A stretch of 64,000 bases of DNA from Zygnema circumcarinatum SAG 698-1b. Taxonomy: Eukaryota > Plantae > Zygnematophyceae. This document shows positions 13,001-28,042 of this stretch, one piece after another; the first letter of the stretch is position 1, and every line of letters begins with the position of its first letter. The translations under genes and the position numbers were made by a program. The notes under the pieces are model-generated. The model saw only the letters and a list, made by a program, of their open reading frames with translations, searched no databases and was not told where the DNA came from. The DNA is taken from contig CM074813.1 in the NCBI GenBank assembly GCA_037447605.1, positions 1,054,001 to 1,118,000 of the forward strand, given 5' to 3'.

Positions 13001-15660
13001 GCCGCCTAATCCAACCAATCTGACTTCTCCTCGTCGATTAAGACATTAGCGGGTCGAACAGTCAATAGAAACACTAAACTTTGAAAAATCTCCCTCATTC
13101 ACGATTGAAAGACAGCGTCTTTTCAAGGTTTGGAAAAACCGAAGGTGAAACAACTTCCCAACCACTTGGCCGTTTCATCCCTCAACAGACTTGTTCTTTT
13201 CACGAAATCACGTTAACTTTCTTCACAAAATCATAAGTTGTTTAGGCTTCCCTTTGCATGTCTGTAGATTCAAAGGAAGTGAACTTACAGAGTCAAAAGG
13301 CTTTGGAGATTGCTGATGGAAGGTGAAATCATTCCAGTCAAGTTATTGTCGGCCAGGTTCCTGCAGACCACATCACGCCGCGTGACTCTCAACGCCCCGC
13401 ATCTATGCTCAATGATTCCGTGTTATCCCCTTAGGAAACTGCCTTACCAGCTCCACCATAACCCCATAACTGCAGCAAAAAGGATCCACGGACTTCCTCT
13501 GGAAAGACTGTTCAAAGATAATGCATAGCTATGTTTAAAAGTTCACAAAACAAGAACGACTGTCAAGTGTTCTGAGCAGCAATCAAGCCTATCCCATAAA
13601 GGAGACAAACAAGAGAAAGTTAAAGGGAGAAATTTAAAAAATTGGTTTTGTGATCTCAAACGGTTCCTTAAAATCGTGTCACTTGGTAGCCCTAAAATGG
13701 ACACCCAAAAGCTCCATGGGTTGGAAGGAGAAGCCCTAAGGAGGGAGGTTTTTAGGAAACTATGCAAACCCTAACTACAACGAACAAAGGCCTCACAGCT
13801 GCTTCAGGGTGGAGGCATTCCACAAAGACACCGGAATCGTGCCGGATAGCTTGTTCCCGTGTAAAAGTCTGTCAAGAACAAATTCACTCCACATGCAAGA
13901 AAACACGATTAGACGACGAAGTTGAGGTATAATGACACAAAGGCTAAGTATTTGCAGAAGCTTACAATACACAATCTAATAGCAGATTCTACGTCAGCTG
14001 ACAAATGCCCACCCATTACTCTTGAAATTGAAAGTGTTCATGTTTAACTGTTTACTTGTTCAACCGTTCTGTTTCTATGTTTGTTTGACTCACAGGGTTC
14101 GGAGTCCCACTCTGCCAAAAGTGGATGGTATGTTCCCCTCCAGATTGTTGAAGTTGAGTTTTCTGCAAAAAACATAAACTACTAATTAATTACCTGCTGC
14201 ATCCTCTCTGCACGAAAGAAAGCTGTGCAGGAGCGTATAGGGAAAGCCAGCCTATTCGTAGTCAATTACGTTTGTTTATGATGTTATGAAACAAGAATAA
14301 ATGCAAATGCAGTATATTGAGGTCGCCCCTCACAACCCTACAGCATTTAAAGTCTTTCGAATCCCCAATCTGCCTGTCTTATTGCCTGCAGATTTTACCT
14401 TTACATCCAGCCCCAGGGGAGGGGTTTGGAGGAAGAAAAATGACCTACACAGTGATGAGAGACGGCATTGCTGCCACCACCCTCGGAATGCGCCCACTTA
14501 TATTGTTATTCCGCAGTTCCAAACTACGCAACAGCGTCAACTTTGTAATTCCGGGAGAAAGGGTTCCAGTCAGATTCACACTTGTGAGGTACCTGCGTAC
14601 CAGGCGGACACGGACAGGCTTTGTCACAGATAAGACAAATCGTGAAAAACAAGCCTTACATGTCGTTGTTGAAATCGGCTGCTAAACAGTCTTTCCCAAA
14701 CGTGAGTTATAACTTCACCTTAATCTTTAAAAGAGATAAACGATCACGGCTCCCTTCAATGTCTCTGGAAACATCTCCCCTGGAGCTTGATCTCTCTCTC
14801 TTCCCACTCCCCTCCCAAAAACGAAAAGAAAAGGTTCATGGAGTTTTCAGAGCATACAAGTAAATGACATTGCCTTCTTTACTGCACTGTACACCGGTCC
14901 ATAGGCACAAATCCGGCTCTATGGTTCGATCCCAATTGCTCAATACTCTAGGATCTGAAAGTGCTGATTTGAATGCAAGGAGACCAATTTCTGTAAAAAA
15001 AGAAAGAGAAAATCCAAAGTCAAATGTCAGAAACGGCACGGAAACGGCTGGATCTGAGATTCTGCGAGAACTTTCCCTACCCATGAGAGTAAATTTCTGC
15101 AAATAGCAGTTAAAGCAAGGGAGAGCTATTGACACTTTCTCCTCGTTCACCTCCCTCTCTCCTCTATCTCTTAGCTTAACCTATTTCTCGCTCTCTGTGT
15201 CCCTGACTAGGTCTCGCCCCCTCTCTCCCTTTACGTGTCGTTTGGCACCTCCTATCGTTCAGAGCTACTTTCTCCTGCTTTTTACCTACGATTTTCCCCT
15301 TCCTCTCCCGTCTTGTCGCTCATACACCGTCCTCGACACAAGTAAAGTATATGCCTATTCTCGTGCCTTAACCTCAAATCCATAAATACAGAAGCCATAG
15401 CTACGTGAGTACTTTAGCCCGGAAATTCATATCAAGCCTCCTTTCTGAACCCCAACTTTTCTCGTCTCTGAGCCGTACACCGCAAACCTAGGCTCCTCAC
15501 CTTCCTCAGGGTACATCAAGGTTCCATTTGCAAATGTGGAAGTTCCTTCCTGCTGCGCATTCGCCCGGACACAGAACAGCAGCACCGCTGCGAGGAGCGT
15601 TTTCAACATCACCGTCTTCCCGCACGATCGCATGTGGCGTCTCACTAGACAGCTGTCCAT
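7007..15660 (-). CDS. LRR receptor-like kinase (signal peptide, LRRNT, roughly 14-15 LRRs, Cys cap, TM, non-RD kinase); many exons
   Basis: Signal peptide ([15 protein letters not shown]), then LRRNT ([25 protein letters not shown]). LRR exons include [22 protein letters not shown] and [11 protein letters not shown], followed by the cap GNCF..QR..EC (~11320-11205) and the TM segment [24 protein letters not shown]. Kinase motifs: [46 protein letters not shown]. The last exon reads to TGA at 7009-7007. Confidence 0.93.
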
Positions 15661-18600
15661 GGCTCCGTCCTCTCTCTCTCTCCCTCTCCCTCCCTCTTTG
15701 GAGATATGAGAAAAAATGGGCCTTCAATGGGGAAATGATTGCCAAAAACCTAAATCCAAAAAGGAGGAAAAAAGAAAAGAAAAATGTGATTGAAAATTCC
15801 AGTGCAAATGGCCTTTATTAGAGGTAAGTCGCAGTTTCCTGGAACTAACCAGACTGTAGAAAGCTTGCGTAGAGAAAAATGTGAGACAGTGAAACGTTTT
15901 CTATTCTGTGCCGCTCTTGCCGTGCGTATAGCGATCCTTGCATTAATCGAGACTAAATCGAGATTAAATGAACACGCTTATCAAAAGTAAATTCCGGCGT
16001 CTTCAATATTTGTTCCAGAAATAGCCCATCTTTGAATGCAAGCATTCTTCCCGACAGGTAGAAACTTTCCTTCTGCTTAGTTTACGAAAAACTCGTGAAA
16101 TGTATTCTCCACTGCCAGAACGGTAAACTAGTTATAAACCAGAGTGGAAGCAAACATGCTCCTATATAATGGTTGATGGCTAATGATTAACATAATGCAC
16201 AGCCAGCTGCATTGCAGAGCCAAGCTCCAAATGCTGCAAGGAGATGCCGCATATTGAAGCAAGCCTCGACACCGCATACCACCGGTGATAATCAGAGAAC
16301 CAGACCATTAATTCCAGGAAAAGAACAGGAAACCTACCTGCAAATAACTGCAAATGGAAGACCTCCTTCTTGGATCCCTCCCTCCTGAAACCTTTCAAAT
16401 GCGTGATACCAAAGAGTGCACCGACAAGAAGCAGTTTCAGAGAGGGGCTATGGCTGCCTGAAGGGGCGCGCCATGGCGTGGGGAGCGCGGCGGGACCGCC
16501 GCCATGGCTGCTCCTTGCTGCTGCAGGGCAGGGCCAGCTGGCGACAGGGCTGGCAGAAGTGGTCGTCAAGCAGGGGCGGCGTTACAGGGAATCGGACCTC
16601 GTTCGTAAAATGATATCCAGAAAATTATTTTTCGGTTCAGGTTTGGTAAAGGTACGGTCGTCATTTTCGGGCAGAGGAAACATTTGGAATCTCTCTCCGG
16701 ATGGCGTGATTGGTGCCTGAACTTCTTTTGCTGGAAATTTCAGGTCTAGGGCAAGTCGGGCACATTTGGAAAAACTATTCTCAATTTTTTGGCACCTTCA
16801 AAAATATAGAAAAGACATGACCGACAAAATATAAGACTTCAACAGGACCTCCCAAATTTGGACCGATTCGGTCCAGGACACCTGTCGCCATCCCATTGTG
16901 TGGTTTCGCTCTGTTACGAAATTATCGAAGCCGTCGATCTCGACGATCTAACGGTCCATGTTAATAATTTGTCACGTGGCGCGTCGTGACTGGGTTACGA
17001 GTCCGGTAAGCCCTGCCCGTCGACGGGCGATCTGTCGTTTTGTCAGTCGGTCAGCGGCTCCCGCGGACAGGGAGGGAGGTTCTATGGACCGTATGATTCC
17101 AAAATCAAAAAATACGTTAATTACACTAAGGACCACTCATGACCTGCCACGTCACTCACGGAATTTACGCAACCTATCAGAAATCGTCACGCCATATACT
17201 AACACTTGTCGTTTTGTGGGAAGAAGTTAATGCCCAGATTCCCAAAATTGTCTCTTTACCGAGAACTGCCGACAATTAATTAATTCGATATTTGCCGCGG
17301 CTTAATGTACAAACGAAAACTAGTTTTCTTTCGAAAACCAAGTTTTCACATGCAATGGGTTCGACAAGTGAGTTGTCCAATAAAATAATAATCGCCACGT
17401 GGAAAACAAGTCATATGGTTCCAAATTTGGGTCCTTGAAATTAAAAAGTGTACGGACTCTCTAAACCACAACGACATTAGGGGGAGTCAGACCTTGACCA
17501 TCGCCCGCGGAATTGCAAGATTTCGACCGCGGAAAGGTATTGATTTCGATTTCCGAATTCGGATCGGAAACCACGGCTCCCCCCGAACCTGTCTGTCACG
17601 TCCGTACGGCGGAATAGGTTACAAAAATGCCCCCAAATTTCAGAATTCCGCGCTCCGAAACGGGGGGCCTCGGGAGGCCCCCCGTTTCGAAATTCCAGCT
17701 TTCCGCCGATGAGGAATCGTGCCCCGCCTTGTCGCCATGCGCGTCACGCACGTGCGAGCGTCTCTCTGCCGCCGCCCGGACGCCGCGACCCGCCGCCGCG
17801 CAGAGCAGCGTTTCAGTGCTGGCACAGGTTTAGGGTTTCGCTTCCCCCGGCACCAGCGTCCTCTTTCCGGCAACTGTGAGCACCACGGGAGAGCGGTGAG
17901 CGAAGACGCCAAGGCGACGAGGTACTCCCTCTCTATTCCCCTCTGTTGCTGTCTCCCTCGTCTCTCCCTCTCTGTTCCCCCTTTCTCTCTCTCTTGCTAT
18001 CTCCCTCTATCACTCTCGCCCTGTTATCTCTCCCACATTCTCCCCGCCTGTGCCACTCTGCCCTGCCTCCCTCGGCCTGGCCCATGCCTCCCTCGTCTCC
18101 CTTGCTGCTGCTTTTCTCGCTGCTTCGTTTTCTGCTGCTGCTGCTGCTTTTTCTGCTGCTGCCCCTGCTGCTGCACCAGCTGCTTTTAGTGCTCCTTCTT
18201 TCTCTGCTTCTGCTGCTGCTGCTGCTGTTTCTTTTTCAGCTGGTTTTGCTATTGTTGTGCTGTTGCTGCTGCTGCTGTTGTTGCTCCTGCCGTCTTTTCT
18301 GCTGCTGCTGCTGCTTTATTTGCTGCTGCTGCTGCCACTGCTGGTGCTCCTGCTTTTTTTGCTGCTTCTTCTCTGCTACTGCTGCTGCTTTTGCTTCTTT
18401 TTCTGCTACTGCTCTTTTTACTGCTTCTTTTTCTGTTGCATTTTTTGCTGTTTCTTTTCCTGTTGCTGTTGCTATTGTTGTTCTGCTGCTGCTGCTGCTG
18501 CTGATTTTTTTGCTGCTTCTTTTTCTGTTGCTTTTGTTGTTGCTTCATTCTCTGCTGCTGTTGCTATTGTTGTTCTGCTGCTGCTGCTGCTGCTGATTTT

Positions 18601-18930
18601 TTTACTGCTTCTTTTTCTGTTGCTTTTGTTGTTGCTTCATTCTCTGCTGCTGTTGCTATTGTTGTTCTGCTGTTGCTGCTGCTGCTGCTATTGCTGTGCT
18701 GCTGGTGCTGGTGCTGCTGTTGTCCTTTCTGCTGCTGCTTTTTCTGCTACTGTTGCAGCATTCATTTTCTTTTTTGCTACTGCATTCTTCTTCCGCATTC
18801 CGCATTGCCCTGTCCTTGTGCTTCCCGTTCCTTATGCTTGTGTTGTGTGTATGATTGCATATAATTCCTCCCCTTCCTTGTGCTTGTGTTGTGTGTATGA
18901 TTGCATATAATTCCTCCCCCTCCCCATTAA

Positions 18931-19001
18931 GTCGAAGTGGCGGATTGGTTACGCAACTGTTGCAAAACAGGAATAAAGGGGTTCAAATCCCCTCTTCGAC
19001 C
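18931..19001 (+). tRNA. tRNA-Cys(GCA)-like cloverleaf, copy 1; 6-nt anticodon loop, probably non-decoding
   Basis: GTCGAAG TG GCG GATTGGTTA CGC A ACTGT TGCAAA ACAGG AATAA AGGGG TTCAAAT CCCCT CTTCGAC C. Acceptor stem 7/7, T stem 5/5, D stem 3 bp, anticodon stem 4/5. A and B boxes are present. Confidence 0.75.
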
Positions 19002-20271
19002 TGCACTGTTCATTCATTCTTCCATTTGTATTCATTTATAGTTTTTGTGTTTGTGCTTCATGTCTTATATTTGTTGTTATTTTTCCTAGTTGTTTTTATT
19101 GCTTTTTGCCTTTTCCTTCAAAACTTTGAATACGTTTTACATCATATTTTCTTTTGAGCATATATAGGTAGTTTGCTAACAAAATTATGCCGGCACACTC
19201 AGGAAAAACTGTCTTCTTTGGTTTTTGGAAACCTTGGTGGTATAAGCAACCATATCAAGTGCGGCAATGGGCTGTATTTGATGCCATCAGTACAATTATA
19301 GAATCCCTTGTAACTGCGTGTGCTAAAAATCCAAAACGTCCGGACTTAGGAGAAACAAGCTGATAAAGGTGCAATTGATTCAACAACAATACAAAAAATA
19401 TCATTAGAATGATCGACGTGTGGGCAAAGGAGGGNNNNNNNNNNGGGAGAAACAAAACAAGCTGATATAGGTGCAATTGATACAACAACAATACAAAAAT
19501 ATAATTAGAAATAGAATGATGGACGTGTGGGCAAAGGAGGGACAACGTGGGTGGGGGTTGGAGGAAGAGGATCAACAAGAGAGACTGGAGAGGGTTGAGA
19601 TCCACTAAGGAGGAGAGTGAGAGTGAGTCAGGGATAAGGCATAAGAGGGAGACAACAACAAAGAAGACTGTAAGGAAGGGGCAAAGAACACTAGATGCTA
19701 AGATGTCACATACTAAGGGGGAAGGAGACACACGGGGTGGAACAAGAAGGGAAGTGACAGAAAAAAGAGAGGGCAAGACACAGCAAGGTAAGCGAAAGAG
19801 AGATAAGAAGGGAGGGGACAGGAAAGGGGGGGGGGAAGATGGAAGAACAAGGCAGGGAATAACAGAGAATGGAGCGTGAGAGGGAGAGAGAGTGGGAGGG
19901 AGGGAGCAAGTGAGCACACGGAGACAAACATGAGGAGAGATGGGCAAAAGAAAGGGTCGCAGGTGGCAAACTAGACGGACGTCTATATGAATAATCTTAA
20001 CAGACAGGAAGACAGTCTGTCAGCAGACCAGCCGTTCAAATGGAGTTTCCAAACACCAAGCTGCGAAGAGAGTGAAAAACAAAAAACAAACGCACCAAGG
20101 CCAGCATAAAGAGAGAGGAGGAAGCGGGTGAGGGATGGGGGGAATGCACAAACAACAGAAGTGAGAATGGGAGAGAGAGGGCACAAAGAGGGGGGAGGGG
20201 CAGAGAAAAAGCAAAAGAACAAACACAAAAACTATAAATGAATAAAAATAGAAGAATGAATAAATCGTACA

Positions 20272-20342
20272 AGTCGAAGAGGGGATTTGAACCCCTTTAT
20301 TACTGTTTTGCAACAGTTGCGTAACCAATCCGCCACTTCGAC
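20272..20342 (-). tRNA. tRNA-Cys(GCA)-like cloverleaf, copy 2; all stems perfect, U73, 6-nt anticodon loop
   Basis: Reverse complement reads GTCGAAGTGGCGGATTGGTTACGCAACTGTTGCAAAACAGTAATAAAGGGGTTCAAATCCCCTCTTCGACT. The anticodon stem ACTGT/ACAGT is 5/5. Confidence 0.78.
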
Positions 20343-20776
20343 ATAATGGGGAGGGGGAGGAATAACATGCAATCATACACAACACAAGCATAGGCAAAGG
20401 AACAGGCACCAGAAGAAGAAGAAGAAGAGGCAGCAGCAACAGCAGAAAAAGCAAGAGCAAAAAAAGCAGCAGCATAGAAAGCAGCAGCAACATCAACAGC
20501 TGCAGCAGGTGCTGCAACAGCAGTAGCAGCAAAAATAGCAAAAGCAGGAAAAGAAACACCACAAAAAGCTGCAGCAGCATCAACAGCAGCAGCAGCAACA
20601 GCAGCAGAAACAGCAGCACAAAACAAAATATGGTATACAAGGTATTCAAAATTTTGAAAGAAACTCAAAAAACAAAAAAAAAACAACTAAGATAAATAAC
20701 CACAAATATTTTACATCAAATGCACAAACACAAACACTATATATGAATCAAAATAAACAAATGAAAAAATAGTACG

Positions 20777-20847
20777 AGTCAAAGAGGGGATTTGAACCCC
20801 TTTATTACTGTTTTGCAACAGTTGCATAACCAATTTGCCACTTCGAC
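20777..20847 (-). tRNA. tRNA-Cys(GCA)-like cloverleaf, copy 3
   Basis: Reverse complement reads GTCGAAGTGGCAAATTGGTTATGCAACTGTTGCAAAACAGTAATAAAGGGGTTCAAATCCCCTCTTTGACT. The D stem is GCA/TGC and there is one G-U pair in the acceptor stem. Confidence 0.75.
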
Positions 20848-22135
20848 TTAATGGGGAGGGGGAGGAATAACACACAGTCATACACGCAACAAAAGCATAA
20901 GCGAAGGAACGAGAGGCACAAGCAAAGGAAGAGAAGACTGAGGCAAAGGCAACATAGCAAGGGGCAAAGGCAAAGGATGTCGGGGCAGGGGCAAGGGAGG
21001 TAAAATACGGAACGTGGAATGCGGAATGCGGAATGATGAATGAAGCAACAATACAAATAAAACAAAACCTACAGCAGCATTAGCATAAAAGCAAGAGCAA
21101 AAAAAGCAGCAGCAGCAGGAGCTGTAGCAGCAGCAGCAGGATAAGAAGCGGTTGGAGCTGCAGCAGTAGCAGCAGAAAAAGCAGCAACAGCAGTAGCAGC
21201 GGCAGCAGCACAACACAAAAACAATAGCAGAAACAGCAGATGAAGAAGAAGAAGAGGCAGCAGCAGCAGCAAAAAAACCAAAAGAAAAAAAGCGCCAGCT
21301 TAAAAAGCAGGAGCAACATCAACAACAGCAGCATAAAAAGCAGCAGCAGCAGCAGTAGCAAAAAGAGCACCAATGGAGACAAGGGGGGCATGAGCAAAGG
21401 CGAGGGAGGCAGGGGCAGGTGCAAGAGCACAGGAGGCAGGGGCAAGGGAAAGGGAGGCAGGGGGAAGGGCAGAGAAGGCAGGTGCAGAGGCAAGGGCAAG
21501 GGAGGCAGGTGCAAGGGCACGGGAGGCAGGGGCAAGGGTAAGGGAGGCAGGGGCAAGGGCAAGGACTCACCGCTGCTCAAGTCCGCCGTCGTCCCTAAAA
21601 ACCGATCGCGCTTTTGCCGTGGTCGACGGCACACCGCTCACCGTTCACCGTTCACTGGGGTGAGGCGAGAGGACGCTCTGCTCACTCCGCTGCAAGGATG
21701 GCTCGGGCGATGGCGAGGGAGGAGCCCTATACCCTAAACCCGAGGTGATCTGAGCTCGCAGCGAGCGAGCAGACGGGCAGGCGGCGGGCGCGAGGCGCCG
21801 CGGCGGGACGCCGCTCGAGCGGTGGTGACGCGCATGGCGACAAAACGGAGGGCGGCGGGCGGCGGGCAACGGAGGGAGCGCGTGGGGCCGAAAAGGGGGA
21901 GTCAGCCCTGGGCCGGAGATACGGAGGCAAAATAATTGCTCTCTGGAATTCGTGACGCCCGAGCCTGTCGAACGTCCACTTTTCGCGGAATTGGGCTGCC
22001 GTACAACGCGGAATTAGGGTCGGGGGTTTTCTGAATTGATTTGGCGCTGGTCTAAGTCTGACTCCCCCTATTGATGTCGAAAAAAACTGCATATCTGGTA
22101 CCTCATAACTGGCTAAGCATGGAACAGCGTGCATA

Positions 22136-22430
22136 CATGGAACGGCTCACTCGTGCAAGGGGCACTTAACAGAACTGCACTGATTTTAGATTCCATGCAC
22201 GGAACGGATACTGAACAATACTGAACTTTGGTCCTCATTTCATGCATGGAATAGTTCACTCGTGCAACGGATACTGACCAGAACTGAACTCGGGTTCAGA
22301 TTTCATGCATGGAACGGTCTACTCGAACAACGGATACTGAACAGGACTGAACTCTGGTCCAGATTTCATGCACAGAACGGTCCACTCGTACAACGGATAC
22401 TGAACAAAACTGGATTGAGTCCAGACTTCT
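22136..22430. repeat. 63-bp minisatellite (~4.5 degenerate copies)
   Basis: Units CAYGGAAcggtccACTCGtaCAACGGATACTGAaCAgaACTGaactcnGgtcCAGATTTCATG start at 22245, 22308 and 22371 (exact 63-bp spacing). Decayed units start at 22136 and 22198. Confidence 0.85.
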
Positions 22431-22859
22431 ACGAAGCCTTCCGAAAACTGCAAACCGCAGCATAGAGCCTGACCTTCTTTAAATTTGCCTTTCCTTTTAT
22501 CTTTTCCAGAAAGTGTTTTATTTTATTTTGTTGGGGAAGGAAAATGGGATTGAACTCACGATGGCGTTTTATTTATTTTATTGCGTGTTACTTTTGGCAT
22601 CAAATGCTGCGCGCGCAACTTGCATGAAACGCGAGCACGTGATTGGTTCACATGCAAACAAGTGCAAAAATTGAGTTGCAGAAAAGGGGACGACGGAGGG
22701 AGATGCCAGCGAAGACCAAATACTTCAAAAAACTTGGCATCTGTCGATGAAAGCATATTTTTTTTTTTTTTTGCTGTCGTCAAAAAAAAACCATTCTTTT
22801 TCCGGTTCTCCCAAAGTATTTTTTCTCCGCCGAAATTTTCACTTCCTTTTTGGTTCGAT

Positions 22860-26707
<3,848 letters not shown>

Positions 26708-28042
26708 GCTTCTTCTGCCCACTTGAAAAGCACAAATGTGCTCAAACGCGCACTCTTCTAAATTTTTTACAGCGTCACAGGAACGGGTATAGAATTTTAA
26801 AAGGGCTTGAATTCAACTTGAGAAACGTATTGCGAGCTTTTCAGAAGTGAAAAAAGTTATTTCACTGCATTTGAAATTTATTTGCCTTCACCGATGAGAG
26901 TGGAGAAGCTTCTGGGACTAGGAGGAAAGGCAGGCGACAGGATGTATGTCCAGTTTGTAGTTCCGTGAAGTCGGCAGCCCGTTACAGTCCCACATCACAG
27001 CGTGATTTCCCCGCAACTGCAGCATAGAAGTGTACGGATGCCAAATTTCGATATATCGTGAAGTTGTCTGATACGATATATTGTGTCCCTCCTTCGATAC
27101 AGTACGCATCGGTTTGACCTCCCTCCTGCTGTCCTCCCCTCCCCCTGTCGTCGCTCCCAACCTCACTCCCTCTCTCTCCCTCTCGCCCTCTCTCACGCCC
27201 TCTTACTCGCTCTCCCTCTCCCTCTCCCTCTGCCTCTCGGAAAAGAGCTTACACATAAAAGCATGTTTACGTGTTGTGGGTCGAATGGTTTTGCCCTTCT
27301 GAACAACTTGGCAGTTCGTTCACTCTCCAATGACGACTCGCTCACCGTGTTCCGAAACAGCTCGATCTCCTCCTCCTCCTGCAAAGCGAGGGCGGGTCTC
27401 GCCGCATTCATCTCCCTCCCTGCACTTTGCTTCATTCGCCATTTATTTTCACTTTTTTATATTGCGCCCAAGAACTGGAACTTTTGAAGATTTTTTTTAA
27501 TTTATTTGATTTTACTTTTTTATTTTTTTCTCTTGCACCGTGACCGAAGCTAATAGGCGACCGTGAGAAAATGCGTAGTGAAAAAAGAAAAAAAATGCCC
27601 CTACATCACCGTAAAAGCAACCCCCCCCCCCCCTTCAAATAACAGCACCAGGGCAAGACGCGGACCGGGCCGTTGGGCGCGTCCAACGGCTACTGTACGG
27701 AATGTATCGTCCGTACAGATCGCACATGGTGAAAACCACGAGCTCGCTCGTCGTTGCGACACATTTCAGCGAATGAAAATGTGCCACGTAGAGAAAGTGT
27801 ACACGTGGCGAGATACCCATTGGACGATGTCCTCGACGGAGTAACGGTCAACAAAAACATTGTTCTCGTGAATGCGAACCACGCGCACACACACCACACT
27901 TTCCCTAATTATTGCTCTGAACTTCTCTCGCTCCCCCTACTTCCCCGACAGCTGCCTCCTCCCTCTCCCCGTCTCCTCTCACTCTCCCTCCCTCTCACTC
28001 CCTCTCCCCGGGGAGCCACAGGTGGAGGGAGAGGGGCGGGCC

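Larger units (their letters stand above)
17480..22068. mobile_element. Non-autonomous TIR DNA transposon with long diverged inverted arms (foldback-like), carrying three tRNA-like cassettes
   Basis: Left end TA|GGGGGAGTCAGACCTTGACCATCGCC. Right end, reverse-complemented, TA|GGGGGAGTCAGACTTAGACCAGCGCC. The identical 19-mer TTGTCGCCATGCGCGTCAC occurs inverted at 17729-17747 and 21825-21843. The CTG-rich/tRNA/AT-rich block (~18050-19150) is mirrored at ~20200-21570. No transposase is recognisable. An N gap lies at 19435-19444. Confidence 0.75.

Noticed and set aside
18931-20847. tRNA-like genes as tRNA-Sec or a dedicated partner of the nearby eEFSec
   Set aside because: The anticodon is GCA, not TCA. 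There is no long variable arm, and the 7/5 acceptor/T fold and short D stem are canonical rather than Sec-type. Proximity to eEFSec (~7-9 kb) is most simply coincidence.
17946-21737. Long ORFs in the CTG/CAG-rich arms (poly-Ala/Leu/Cys/Gln/Lys)
   Set aside because: They are open in several frames on both strands because of trinucleotide low complexity, and they contain no recognisable motifs.
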